DNA of 63,842 bases, filler included, from Octopus bimaculoides (taxonomy: Eukaryota), in the NCBI RefSeq assembly GCF_001194135.2. It is 7 parts of 7 records of this genome, joined end to end, with 100 filler letters (N's around TTAATTAATTAA, not from the genome) between each part and the next. Parts side by side here need not be neighbours in the genome. Positions count along the whole stretch, not along the records: positions 51,418 to 62,711 come from NC_068987.1; positions 62,812 to 63,842 come from NW_026310227.1; 5 more parts are not named here. One strand, written 5' to 3'. Positions 51,474-63,842 of this stretch are shown one piece after another; the stretch's first letter is position 1, and each line of letters begins with the position of its first letter. The translations under genes were made by a program, and so were the position numbers. Under the pieces are notes generated by a model. That model was not told the origin of the DNA and did no database searches. It saw only the letters and a program-made list of their open reading frames with translations.

Positions 51474-52864
51474 GATTCAGTTTCTTGCAATAAACAATCT
51501 TTATCTTTCTTACAGTTATTTTTTCTTCTTTTTTCTGGTTTCACTCACTGGAGAGCGAACTTTCTGGATTTTAGTCGATTACAGGACCCTAGGTCTTAGT
51601 CTGAAACTACAACTCTTTTGTAGATCTCTTAAGATAGAAATACAAAGTAGACATTAACATAAGGCGAGATTAAATCACCAGAGCGCTATTACAGCGGGGT
51701 ATTTGTATTTCTGTTCGAATGCACAGTTCCTCACTCATTAGTAAGATATATGTGTATGTCTGTGTTCGTGCAAGTGTATATATGCATACAAGCATTCATG
51801 CATGCATGCATACATATATACATACATATATATATATATATTACTCTACCTCCGGTATTCGAGTACTATTTTTTCCACCTTGTTTCACATTTATGTTCTT
51901 TCTCTGGTATATATTGCGTGTTCGTTTCTCTTTTTGTCATCTGTGATTTTATTTTTGATCTTCTATATAAATGAAGATATTTCCTCCGTCTGGCTGCTTT
52001 TCTCTCTACAAAACGGAAAGTTACATTGCGGAACAGTCATTTTAACGAGTTGTAATATATATATATATATATATANNNNNNNNNNNNNNNNNNNNNNNNN
52101 NNNNNNNNNNNNNNNNNNNNNNNNNNNNNNNNNNNNNNNNNNNNNNNNNNNNNNNNNNNNNNNNNNNNNNNNNNNNNNNNNNNNNNNNNNNNNNNNNNNN
52201 NNNNNNNNNNNNNNNNNNNNNNNNNNNNNNNNNNNNNNNNNNNNNNNNNNNNNNNNNNNNNNNNNNNNNNNNNNNNNNNNNNNNNNNNNNNNNNNNNNNN
52301 NNNNNNNNNNNNNNNNNNNNNNNNNNNNNNNNNNNNNNNNNNNNNNNNNNNNNNNNNNNNNTATACATATATATATATATATATATACGTGGAGTCCCCT
52401 GATGAACAGTTTATACAAGGAAGATAATAATTCCTTCGTAATATCTTACAGAATTAGAAGTTTGAATTTGAAATTAAGGATTAAGGATGCACAGAATGTA
52501 CACATTTAACCTCTTTTTGTTCAATTATTGCGAAGTTCTTAAGTTTTTTTAGTTAGCGGTAATGATATACCGCACTATTTCGTTCCTTTTAGAAATTATC
52601 AGCTTGACATAACCCAAGGTATATTAATTAAATGTTTTATGAAGCGATTCATTTCTTTTCGACGGAAAATATTTACAGCCTGGAAGAAATTCGTGGAATG
52701 TGTTTTTCTTTTCTTTTCTTTTTTATCATAGAGTGTTAGCAATTTAGGATGGAATAGAGTGAAGAAAGAATAATTTCTTACTGTTTACATATAGAGTAAC
52801 TGCTTTCAGGGTGTTCAATCTTGTAAAACTATTCTTCTTGTAGCTAATATTGAAGCTTTAACTC

Positions 52865-53577
52865 GATGGCGGCAAGCTGGCAAAATCATTAAGCACGCCG
52901 GACAAGATGCTTAACGGCATTTCGTCCACCGTTACGTTCTGAGTTTAAATTCTGTTGAGGCCGACTTTACTTTTGATAAGATAAGTAACAGTTGAAAACT
53001 AGGATCAATGTAATCGACTTACCTCTTCCCCGTCCCCCAACTTCTCTCCTTGTGATAAAAAATTTGAAATCAATATTTTAGTTTAGCTGCAGACGAAATG
53101 CTGCTAAGCTTTTCACCCAGCGTGCTAACAATTCTGTCAACTCGCCGCCGTAATGATAATGATAATTATTACAAATTTTTGCTACAAGGACGGCTTGGGG
53201 GAGAAGGGGATGATTCGATTACATCGACTCCGGTGTTCAACTGCTATTTATTTTATCGACTCCAAAAAGATGAAAGGCAAAGTCGACCTCAGCGAAATTT
53301 GAACTCAGAACGTAACGACGGGCGAAATACCTATTTCTTTATTGCCTACATGGGGCTAAACATAGAGGAGACAAACAAGGACAGACAAAGGGATTAAATC
53401 GATTACATCGACCCCAGTGCGTAACTGGTACTTAATTTATCGACCCCGAAAGGATGAAAGGCAAAGTCGACCTCGGCGGAATTTGAACTCAGAACGTAGC
53501 GGCAGACGAAATACCGCTAAGCATTTCGTCCAGCGTGCTAACGATTCCGCCAGCTCGCCACTCTAATAATAATATTG

Positions 53578-53624
<47 letters not shown>

Positions 53625-53835
53625 CCTTTCTGTTTTAGGTAGAAGGCCTGAAATTTTGGGAGAGGTGAATAGTCGATTTCATCGACCCCAGTGCGTAACT
53701 GGTACTTATTTCGTTGACCCCGGAAGGATGAAAGGCAAAGTCGACCTCAGCGAAATTTGAACTCAGAACGTCTAGACGGGTGAAGTACTGTTAAGCATTT
53801 CTCCCGACAATCTGACGCTTCTATTAGCTCACCAC
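52865..53835. mobile_element. SINE B cluster: one + copy (52865-53060), then about four - copies separated by TAA repeats
   Basis: Repeated gatgaaaggcaaagtcgacctc.gcg.aatttgaactcagaacgt. Confidence 0.88.
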
Positions 53836-54981
53836 TTTAAAGAAAGACAAACAGCAACAAGAAGAACACTGGCAGCAACAGCAACAGCAGCAGTAGTAAC
53901 AGCGAGAACAATACCAAGAGGAGCAGCAGCAACAACGGTAACAACAACAACAACAACAGCAGCAGTGACAACGGCAACAACAGCAATAAAGTAAGGCGGA
54001 GGCGTTGAATCATAATGAGCCAGTTAGAAGTTTTCTCATAGCTTGTCAGAGACATTAATAAAAATGTCGGCTTTCCGAACGAAAGATGTTAAAAAATAAA
54101 TGGTTACATCTATTGGTGAATCTTTAGTTTCAAGTGTGCTTATCATACACTTAAAGCAAGCTATCAGCTCAAGTAAATACTATCTTTTCAGACGATGTTC
54201 AGTAAGCTAATACAAACTCAAGAAACGTTTTGCAAAAAATACAACAGGGTGGGAATATCGCTTCAATTTTCATAATGGTGTTTTGGTTTGTTTTTCCGTT
54301 CTTTTTTTTTTTGTTTTGTTTTGGCTGTTGTTGGTGTTGGTGTTTGGTTTTCTGTTGTCTTCCTTTTTGCTTTTATTTTCTTTCTTTCTTTTCCAAAGTA
54401 CTTTAAAACTATTAAGAATACTAAGCATGACTAACACAAGAATTATATGTAAATAATAACCGATGCCGATATTTGAACCATTGAAAATACACATACACAC
54501 TGACACATACACGTATGAACACATATATACAAAGCGTTCGAAGAGCGTTTGGAAATATTCTAAGTCTCTGAGTAATTCATGCATACACAAGCATGTGTGT
54601 GTGTGAGTGTGGAAAAATGTATGATAAACACAAGGTGCAATTTCTATCCTTTACTCCTACGTACATTTCACCATTGTGGTTATTTGCATCCAGTGCGGTG
54701 TGTGTTCACAAAGCAATTGGATGCCAGTCCACATCAATTTTTCAGGGGAAGCGTAGCTGTGTGGTGAGTACTTTTCTTCCAAGCCACATGGTTCAGATTT
54801 CGGTCCCACTTCGTTACACCTTGTGCAAGTGTTTTCTATTAGTACCTACCGAGTCCCTGTGAGTAAATTCTATTACGTTTCTTTTCGTTTTATAATCTTA
54901 CAAAGCTTTCTCTTTCTCTCTCACTTATCTCTCTCCCACCCCTCTTTCTTTCTTTCTTTCTTTCTTTATCTATCAAACTGT

Positions 54982-55367
54982 GTGGCGGCGCAATGGCCCA
55001 GTGGTTAGGGCAGCGGACTCGCGGTCATAGGATCGCAGTTTCGATTCCCAGACCGGGCGTTGTGAGTGTTTATTGAGCGAAAACACCTAAAGCTCCACGA
55101 GGCTCCGGCTTGGGATGGTGGTGAACCCTGCTGTACTCTTTCACCACAACTTTCTCTCACTCTTACTTCCTGTTTCTGTTGTGCCTGTAATTCAAAGGGT
55201 CAGCCTTGTCACACTGTGTCACGCTGAATATCCCCGAGAACAACGTTAAGGGTACACGTGTCTGTGGAGTGCTCAGCCACTTGCACGTTAATTTCACGAG
55301 CAGGCTGTTCCGTTGATCGGATCAACTGGAACCCTCGACGTCGTAAGCGACGGAGTGCCAACAACAA
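54982..55367 (+). mobile_element. SINE family C (tRNA-Arg(TCG)-like head), full length
   Basis: tggcccagtggtt / ggtttcgattccc boxes; 12-bp TSD CTATCAAACTGT (54970-54981, 55368-55379). Confidence 0.93.
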
Positions 55368-57242
55368 CTATCAAACTGTTTATATCTCGTCGCACATATT
55401 TGGTTTTGAGAGAGGTGTAGTGTTGTTCGGACTTCCTTGATATGATGCTTTATCTGTTCCCTGATATTTTATGACATGCGCAGTTATTGATTATTTACAT
55501 AACAGGGGAAAATGTGCAAATATTTGAAGTTTTAGCATGAATTGTTATATTTATTGTGGAGCACTGATGAGGCAAGGTGTATAATTGCACAGTACTTCAA
55601 CAACTGTTACGTAATTATTTCGGCGTTTTAATGAAACGCGTGTATGTCCTATGAAGTAAAAAAAATACCATATATGTTTTGTGCTTTTTTGGCACAAAAA
55701 CAAGATTGTAGTGTTGGCCTAATCACATTAACATTTAATATATGAAAATCTAAAACAGTAAAAGAGGTAAGATTACGTTAAGCCATGTTCATAACCCTTT
55801 CTCGATTTTCGGTTCAAGCTTATCCCCTTGAGAAAGAGACATAATCTCCTACCATAGTCAATAAATAAATGAGACAATGTCTAAACAAAAGCCTTCGTCG
55901 CATAGATTTTTTTTATAGACTTCGGAAGATAAGGAAGGAAACATCAATCTCACCTAAAGGGAGACAACTACCATGGATTGAAATGATTTATTTTATGGTT
56001 TTCTTTTATTTTTATTCCATTTTTCAGTCTTTTATTATTTATTTTTATTTTTATTTATTTCTACAAAGTACTTTCGGGCGAAGCAACGTTTTTTTTTTAT
56101 TGTTATTCTACGCCGATACATACATATGTGAATTTATGCGTGTGTGTGTGTGTTTGTGTGAGTGTGCGCGCACACGTGCCTGTGTATGTGTGTATTTTGT
56201 GTGTGTGTATGCCTACGTCTATGTGTGACTGTGTGTGTGTACGTCTGTATGAACATGAGAGAGGAATACGGTTGCTCGTCTAGAAAGACTTAATGTCTGA
56301 GTCACGAATTTAATCCAACGCTGGTGACATGACATAAATTGCCGACATCTTGACTGGTTGTTGTTCAATGATCTATCGATTCAGTGACGAGCACAAAACA
56401 AAAACAAAAAAAAATAGAAAACTTGATAAACTAAAACAAAAGAAAGTAAACCACCCCGTTTATCTAGTTGGTGTGGGGGGGAGGCATATCTGCTGCTAAA
56501 GGTTATTCATTGTGTCCTTTGGTAGGGAATTTAATCCTTCATGATACAATTCATGGAGCTGTCGGAAATAGAAACGATCCTTCTGAAATGTCAACGATAA
56601 AGATACGCCCTAACTCGTAGAAAAATTATCGCTAATTTGCTTATATGAATTTGATTAGGGAATCTATCCGCATTAGATTATTTGTATTGAAAAAGTGATA
56701 GACATTCAACAAAAACACGCGTACACAATTTAACCTTTCTTCCTCCCTCTCTCTCCTTTTCTCTCTCTTTCTCGCTCTCTCGTTCTCTGACGGTCACTCG
56801 CTCTCTTTCTGTCTCTCTCTCTCTTTCGCTCTTTGTTTCTCAGTCAGTTTCTGTCTTTTTCACACGCAGACAAACACGCATGCGCGCACACACACATTCT
56901 CTTTCACTCTCATAATTTAACTAATGATACGCAGAAGCTATAACCCCTAACTCGTAGATGTAACGAAATATAGATGAACCTAATACGAATCTCTCACTAT
57001 GTCTTACGTTTAATCATTAATTAATTTCCCCTACCTTCAAATAATAATATTTTCGACTAAAGTTCGTCACCTTAATAACAATAATGATGATTTCTTTTAT
57101 TGGCCAAAAGGACCCAAGACATGAGGGACAAAATCGAAGGACGAGTTACAGCACACACGCACACAAGAAAAAATTACAAAAAAAAAACATGTGAGGTTAA
57201 CATCAGTCAAATGGAGATACTAGCACATTAAAGGATATATAT

Positions 57243-57620
57243 TCGTGGCCCTCCGTCGGTTACGACGTCGAGGGTTCCAGTTGATCCGATCAACGGAACA
57301 GCCTGCTCGTGAAATTAACGTGCAAGTGGCTGAGCACTCCACAGACACGTGTACCCTTAACGTTGTTCTCGGGGATATTCAGCGTGACACAGTGTGACAA
57401 GGCTGACCCTTTGAATTACAGGCACAACAGAAACAGGAAGTAAGAGTGAGAGAAAGTTGTGGTGAAAGAGTACAACAGGGTTCACCACCGACCCCTGCCG
57501 GCGCCTCGTGGAACTTTAAGCGTTTTCGCTCAATAAACACTCACAACGCCCGGTCTGGAAATCGAAACCGCAATCCTGCGATCGCGAGTCCGCTGCTCTA
57601 TCCACTGAGCCATTGCGCCC
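57243..57620 (-). mobile_element. SINE family C, full length
   Basis: Reverse complement of 54982-55367; flanking direct repeat AAAGGATATA (57230-39, 57626-35). Confidence 0.93.
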
Positions 57621-57659
57621 TTAAAAAAGGATATAACATAGAATATATAATAGAAAGTA

Positions 57660-58120
57660 GAGAAATAAATAAATGAATAAATAAAATCCTCAATAGCGGG
57701 TGGTCCACTTAGGATAATGCAGGGTAAACTCCAAACAAAATCCCGGATTCCTTTGTCATCTCCAAGGCATGGGAAAGTGTCCTCTTCCAGTTGCGTTCCT
57801 CCTGCTCAGAAAAACGTATTCAGAGTAGATTCATTCAGCCTCACCAGTCTTGCCACTGTCGACCACCTTTTGATAAACACACTAGAGGGCGGCACCTCCT
57901 TCTCCACTTTCACCTTCCTTTTCAAATGATATTTGAGGAAACTGAGGAGGGCTTGGCCAGATAGGAAAGTGCCTGTCTTTAAACCTTTCGGACGGGTCCA
58001 CTACATATCCCCTTTTGCCACAGCCATTAAGCAGAGAAGGATCTGCCTTCCTTTTCTGCTAAGGGAAGGTGGTGCATCGATCTTACCTATACACTCGGCA
58101 GACAGCTGAATTCGTCTTAC
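57660..58120 (-). mobile_element. L1/Tx1-like LINE ORF2 C-terminus and 3'UTR
   Basis: Minus strand ..LMAVAK..WTRPKGLKTGTFLSGQALLSFLKYHLKRKVKVEKE..FIKRWSTVARLVRL*, then a short UTR and (ATTT)n tail. Confidence 0.6.
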
Positions 58121-58158
58121 TCGCAACAACAGCTGTTCCACACAATCTCACAACTCTC

Positions 58159-58204
<46 letters not shown>

Positions 58205-58372
58205 TGGCGAAGGAGTGACTGTGTGGTAAGTAGCTTGCTTACCAACCACATGGTTCCGGGTTCAGTCCCACTGCGTGGGACCTTGGGCAAGTGTCTTCTG
58301 CTATAGCCTCGGGCCGACCAAAGCCTTACGAGTGGATTTGGTAGACGGAAAGTGAAAGAAGCCATGTCGTAT
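58205..58372 (+). mobile_element. SINE family A, young copy
   Basis: Near-consensus; preceded by (TAA)n. Confidence 0.92.
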
Positions 58373-59257
58373 ATATGTATATATATATATATATATATNN
58401 NNNNNNNNNNNNNNNNNNNNNNNNNNNNNNNNNNNNNNNNNNNNNNNNNNNNNNNNNNNNNNNNNNNNNNNNNNNNNNNNNNNNNNNNNNNNNNNNNNNN
58501 NNNNNNNNNNNNNNNNNNNNNNNNNNNNNNNNNNNNNNNNNNNNNNNNNNNNNNNNNNNNNNNNNNNNNNNNNNNNNNNNNNNNNNNNNNNNNNNNNNNN
58601 NNNNNNNNNNNNNNNNNNNNNNNNNNNNNNNNNNNNNNNNNNNNNNNNNNNNNNNNNNNNNNNNNNNNNNNNNNNNNNNNNNNNNNNNNNNNNNNNNNNN
58701 NNNNNNNNNNNNNNNNNNNNNNNNNNNNNNNNNNNNNNNNNNNNNNNNNNNNNNNNNNNNNNNNNNNNNNNNNNNNNNNNNNNNNNNNNNNNNNNNNNNN
58801 NNNNNNNNNNNNNNNNNNNNNNNNNNNNNNNNNNNNNNNNNNNNNNNNNNNNNNNNNNNNNNNNNNNNNNNNNNNNNNNNNNNNNNNNNNNNNNNNNNNN
58901 NNNNNNNNNNNNNNNNNNNNNNNNNNNNNNNNNNNNNNNNNNNNNNNNNNNNNNNNNNNNNNNNNNNNNNNNNNNNNNNNNNNNNNNNNNNNNNNNNNNN
59001 NNNNNNNNNNNNNNNNNNNNNNNNNNNNNNNNNNNNNNNNNNNNNNNNNNNNNNNNNNNNNNNNNNNNNNNNNNNNNNNNNNNNNNNNNNNNNNNNNNNN
59101 NNNNNNNNNNNNNNNNNNNNNNNNNNNNNNNNNNNNNNNNNNNNNNNNNNNNNNNNNNNNNNNNNNNNNNNNNNNNNNNNNNNNNNNNNNNNNNNNNNNN
59201 NNNNNNNNNNNNNNNNNNNNNNNNNNNNNNNNNNNNNNNNNNNNNNNNNNNNNNNNG

Positions 59258-59527
59258 CGTAGTGGTTAAGAGCGCGGGCTACTAACCCCAAGGTTCCGAG
59301 TTCGATTCACGGCAGCGACCTGATTAATAATAGTAATAACAATAATATAATAATAATAGTAACATCGTTAGGAATGAGAACCCAGGTTCGAAATTTCCCC
59401 AAGACACCTGACGAAGGCTGGAGGGTATATCAGCCGAAACGTTGTGTTAACAACAAACAAGATGAGGAGAAATATCCGTCAAATGTAAATAATGTAAATA
59501 ATTCCTCATCTCTTAAATATAGAACTG
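59258..59527 (+). mobile_element. SINE family D, copy 2 (tRNA-Ile(AAT)-like head, AAT linker, hammerhead tail)
   Basis: Head gcgtagtggttaagagcgcgggctactaaccccaaggttccgagttcgattc parallels eukaryotic tRNA-Ile AGAGCGTGGTGCTAATAACGCCAAGGTCGCGGGTTCGATCC. Confidence 0.88.
59403..59448 (+). ncRNA. Minimal type-I hammerhead ribozyme (PLE-type), predicted cleavage after GUU at 59443
   Basis: Stem I GACAC/GUGUU; core CUGACGA; extra A; stem II GGCUG/CAGCC; GAAA; loopless palindromic stem III (AACGUU). Confidence 0.8.
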
Positions 59528-60188
59528 TATAAAATAATAATCATAACAATAGGACTTGTACAGAACGCTTGCCTGTTATGGCCAGGAAATTTTATCAGTG
59601 GGGTCTTAAACCGCTTGATATACTATTCAAAGATTGGGGATACGTAAGGTACGATAGGAACTTGCTACCCACAAAAATTCCACCAAGAACGAACCTAAGT
59701 CAACTCACTAATAATAAAGAACAACTTTATGTTACCCTCATAGAGAAAAAAGGGTTAAAGTGAAGTAATGTGACGCATGAATGCTAGATACGACATCCTT
59801 TTATTCACGATACGAAAGAAACGAAGAATATTTTGAACCAGAAACTAAACGTAAGTTGTTCGTACGTCATTATTAACTTTAATCAACCTTTGACTGTTGG
59901 TCACATGTGGTATGTATGGCACATCATTGAAGATTTCTACTGCTCATCAAATGTTTCCGGTAAAGAATCACATTTAATTTTTGCTGAACGTGTGCAAATT
60001 CAAGGGGAAAACGAAATAAGTAACACTTTTCGGCCATCATTTCCGTTCCATTTTATTTTCTATGTTTATATTTTATACCAACAACTTTGAAGAATTTAAT
60101 AAGGACTGTAATTCGCTGATAACGTAAATTAGTTGGCCATTTGTACATGAAGAGGTACAAATGAGAGGTACGCTTCGAAATACGACTT

Positions 60189-60219
<31 letters not shown>

Positions 60220-62210
60220 GCAGATATGCACTCACGCCCACACATGTATGACTGACATATATATGTGTGTGTGTGTGTGTGAATAGAGTAAAAAAGTAGA
60301 TATATGAACATATATACATTCATATACTTATGTATGCATACAAACACACACACACATGTAACACATAACTATTTACTGCTTTCGTTCATACTGAGGCAAC
60401 CTCATTCATGGTATATCTACGTACATACGTACACGCACATATATAGGTATGTATATACCTATATATGTATATATATGTGCGTGTGTGAGTCTGTGTGTGT
60501 GTGTGCGTGTGTGTGTGTATATGTATGCGTGTGTATGTTTATGTTTATGTATACATACATATATGTATATGTGTGCGCACGTGCGTGTGTGTGTGTAAGT
60601 ATGTTTATATTTATGTATACATACATACATATATATGTATGTGTGTTTGTGTGTGTGTGTGTGTGTATTATATACATACATACATACGTACATACATACA
60701 TACATACATACATACATACATACATACATACATACATACGGTGGTGAGGGACAGCTTAATTTAAATCATGCAAAACACGCACATATAATATTCTACGCGA
60801 GCCAAATTCACCCTAAGTGTATCTTGGATGAGTTCGTCATAAAAACACGAAAATAAAACTCATAAAGCCGAACACAACATTATATGACACCTAAGACACA
60901 AATTCGGAGCAAGAATAAAAACCAAAACTTTATTACCACGAAACCATAAACGCGCAAGCAACAGAAGTGATGTACGAATATGTGGGTATGCGCGTTTATC
61001 TTGCCCCCTAGCCCCCTAGCCCCTCTCCCTCTTTCTCATATATATATATATAAGTGTAAGAGATATAAAGAAGTCCAACTCAGGCAGACTACGATTGGTG
61101 TATACATATACGGATTTGATATGATGGAATTGTCTAAAACATATATTAAAACATTCAGAATATAAAGATATAGAAATATAAAAATATATATGAATGTTAA
61201 AAATATGCAAGAACACATAAATATATAGATATATAAATATAATAGAGTATGTATGTAAATATAGATAAGAATATTGAAATATAGAATGACATTTCTTTTA
61301 AAAAATCAAAATAAATTATGGAATGGAGGGAGTAATATATGTTTAAAAAAGAGTATTTGGTACCATTTTTAAAGGAAATGAAATATTCCAACGATCATTT
61401 CTAGAATTCATTTAAAGAGTACGTGTGAATCGTAAGATTCACATGTACTCTTTGAATACTTATGCACACACTGGAAGTTAAAGTAAACATGAAAACTAGA
61501 AGTTGCTGATTTAAACTGTTAAATCGAGTGCACAACTACGACACGTTCTCACTGAGTAGCCATGTATTTTCAACACAGAGGCATTACACAACAACATAAT
61601 CAAGACTACAAACGCAGCGACATAGAAAGTCTAACAGCTCATAAAATCCTGTTTAGAGCTCAGCAAAATGCTAAAATATTAGCAATAGAAGTTTTATTAA
61701 GATCAAAATTCACACTTAAATATAACAGACACATAGAACACCCTGCTATTAAATCGAGAATATTTACTGATGGCTGAAATTAACAAGGAATTAACTGTTA
61801 AGATCTCAATGTCGGGTGATGACGATGTTATCAGGAAAACCTAATTTCAATGATACTTGTTGCTCACCAAAAAGAAAAAAAAACCTAGTAATAAAAAGAT
61901 TGTAAGATAAAGATACGCATCAGCGAGCACTTCACATCGAGATGTGATGGAGAAGTTCTAAAACCGTTGATGCACTTATTGTTCTGAATAAAACATTAAG
62001 GATTGATAAGGAAAAAGCGAAGTAAAAGAAACATAATAGAGAAAAATTAAACAATAGTAATAGTGCCTCCAATATAACGCGCATACGAAAACAATATGCT
62101 CTTGCATACATACATATATATGTATTTATATATATATACATACATATATATACACACACATATATGTGTGTGTACGTANNNNNNNNNNATATATGTATAT
62201 ATATACATAT

Positions 62211-62251
<41 letters not shown>

Positions 62252-62450
62252 AATACATATACATATATACATATGTATTTATATATATATACATACATAT
62301 ATATACACACACATATATGTGTGTGTACGTATCACTATAAGCACAGATACACCTATGTATATGTATACATATATATATATTAGTGTGTCTGTCCGTATGT
62401 GCATACATACACACAAACACACGCACGGTATGTATATAGTGTGTGTATCC

Positions 62451-62485
<35 letters not shown>

Positions 62486-63094
62486 TATATGTACATATTT
62501 GTTTATGTATTGTATAATTTCAGTTGTGTATAAACATGTGTCCTTATATAAATATAGATTATTATACATCCATACATAATGAATATAAAAACAAGTTCTA
62601 TTGATTATTCTGCGACTCGTTTCAACCATTCGAGTGTGACCATTCTTTTGCTAAACAATGACAAGAAAAACAATATATCATTGAAAGAGTTCATATATAT
62701 ATATATATATANNNNNNNNNNNNNNNNNNNNNNNNNNNNNNNNNNNNNNNNNNNNTTAATTAATTAANNNNNNNNNNNNNNNNNNNNNNNNNNNNNNNNN
62801 NNNNNNNNNNNTTTTTTTTATAATCTGTTTCTGTAGCTTTAATCATTTTGCAGAATTATTCTCTGCTGCAACTATTGTGGCTAGCACCATTTCTCACCAC
62901 ATCAGAGATATTAAACACCTAATAAAGAAAAAGTAATGGATGTTTTCAAAAATATGTATATTTAATGTCTTAGGGCAAACCTTCTTTATGCCAGATTAAA
63001 GGGGTTAATTAAGACCCCAAAAAGAATCAAATATTCTTTCATTAAGTAGTTCTGGAAGAACATTTTGTCTAAATAGCACTCTGCGAATTCTGGA

Positions 63095-63121
63095 CATTTA
63101 CAAATAATAATAATAATAATG

Positions 63122-63176
<55 letters not shown>

Positions 63177-63397
63177 CAACAATAATAATAATAATAATAA
63201 TAACAACAACAACAGTAATAACGAAACAACAATAACAATAAAAACAACAGCCACAATAACAATAATATTAATAATAATAACAATAACAGCAGTAATAATA
63301 TCATCAACATCAATAACAACTTTGACTTGACAAACAATACAAACCCATATTGGCGCATCTGCAATCAACAACCTCACAATACTGTATATTGTGCGAC

Positions 63398-63487
<90 letters not shown>
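63095..63487. repeat. (AAT)/(AAC) microsatellites flanking a short unique spacer
   Basis: Direct reading. Confidence 0.95.
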
Positions 63488-63734
63488 TGGGAAGTTAAGC
63501 ATTTGTGGTCGATGAAAAAGGTGGTAGTAGTACCAATAATTGTCGGAGCCCTGGGAACAGTGAGTAAAAATCTTCAGAAGTACATGGAACAAATAGGGGC
63601 TGCAATAAGGGTGGATCACTTGTAAAAAACAGCACTGCTTGGAACCGCTCGAATACTCCGGAAGGTGCTCGAAAAATAAGGGGTATTACCTTAGTTCACT
63701 GGTAGTGAACAGCGTTAGAAGCTGTGCAAAGGCG
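63488..63734 (+). mobile_element. 5'-truncated R4/Dong-clade (RLE) non-LTR element in (TAA)n
   Basis: WEVKHLWSMKKVVVVPIIVGALGTVSKNLQKYMEQIG..HL*KTALLGTARILRKVLEK* (stop 63677-79) is the typical RLE C-terminus; TAA repeats on both sides. Confidence 0.85.
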
Positions 63735-63755
63735 ATAATAAATAATAATAATAAT

Positions 63756-63842
63756 CCTTTCTACTGGAGGCACAAGGCCTGGAATTTGTTGAGAGGGGAC
63801 TAGTCGATTACATCGACCCTAGTGTTTCACTGGTACTTAATT
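63756..63842 (-). mobile_element. SINE family B 3' part (runs off the window)
   Basis: cctttctact..aggcacaaggcct..aattt...cgaccc..gtg..tcactggtacttaa. Confidence 0.85.

Noticed and set aside
55560-55610. CTGATGAGGCAA...TTGCAC possible hammerhead
   Set aside because: No GAAA or cleavage triplet; at best a decayed relic
59258-59322. Functional tRNA gene (also the heads at 54982 and 47826)
   Set aside because: Acceptor stems are incomplete and each continues into a SINE body

Overview
Eukaryotic, AT-rich, repeat-saturated animal DNA. The SINE/LINE families and microsatellite load are those I associate with octopus (coleoid cephalopod) genomes; the taxon is an inference. No intact host protein-coding gene can be supported, and most ORF-track entries are microsatellite or N-gap artefacts. 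The window is seven assembly segments joined by six identical 100-bp linkers (44 N + TTAATTAATTAA + 44 N), and CpG content switches sharply at the first linker. Content: at least five SINE families, decayed RTE, CR1, L1/Tx1, R4/Dong and Penelope retroelements, and Helitron, hAT, mariner and piggyBac remnants. The most notable items are: (1) a tRNA-Ile-like SINE whose 3' part carries a minimal type-I hammerhead ribozyme (predicted intact at 59403-59448, disabled at 25289-25332), plus a foldback of the same tail centred a few nt from the predicted cleavage site; (2) a ~2 kb apparently ORF1-only L1/Tx1-like element with monomeric 5' repeats and a 3' stem-loop, inserted in the anticodon-like loop of a SINE head; (3) a 3.2 kb tripartite satellite cycling GGCACA blocks, telomere-like CCCTAA blocks and TGACC(T/C) nuclear-receptor-like DR1 blocks; (4) an R4/Dong 3' fragment embedded in (TAA)n. 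Repeat coordinates are read by eye and are approximate unless TSDs or TIRs are given.
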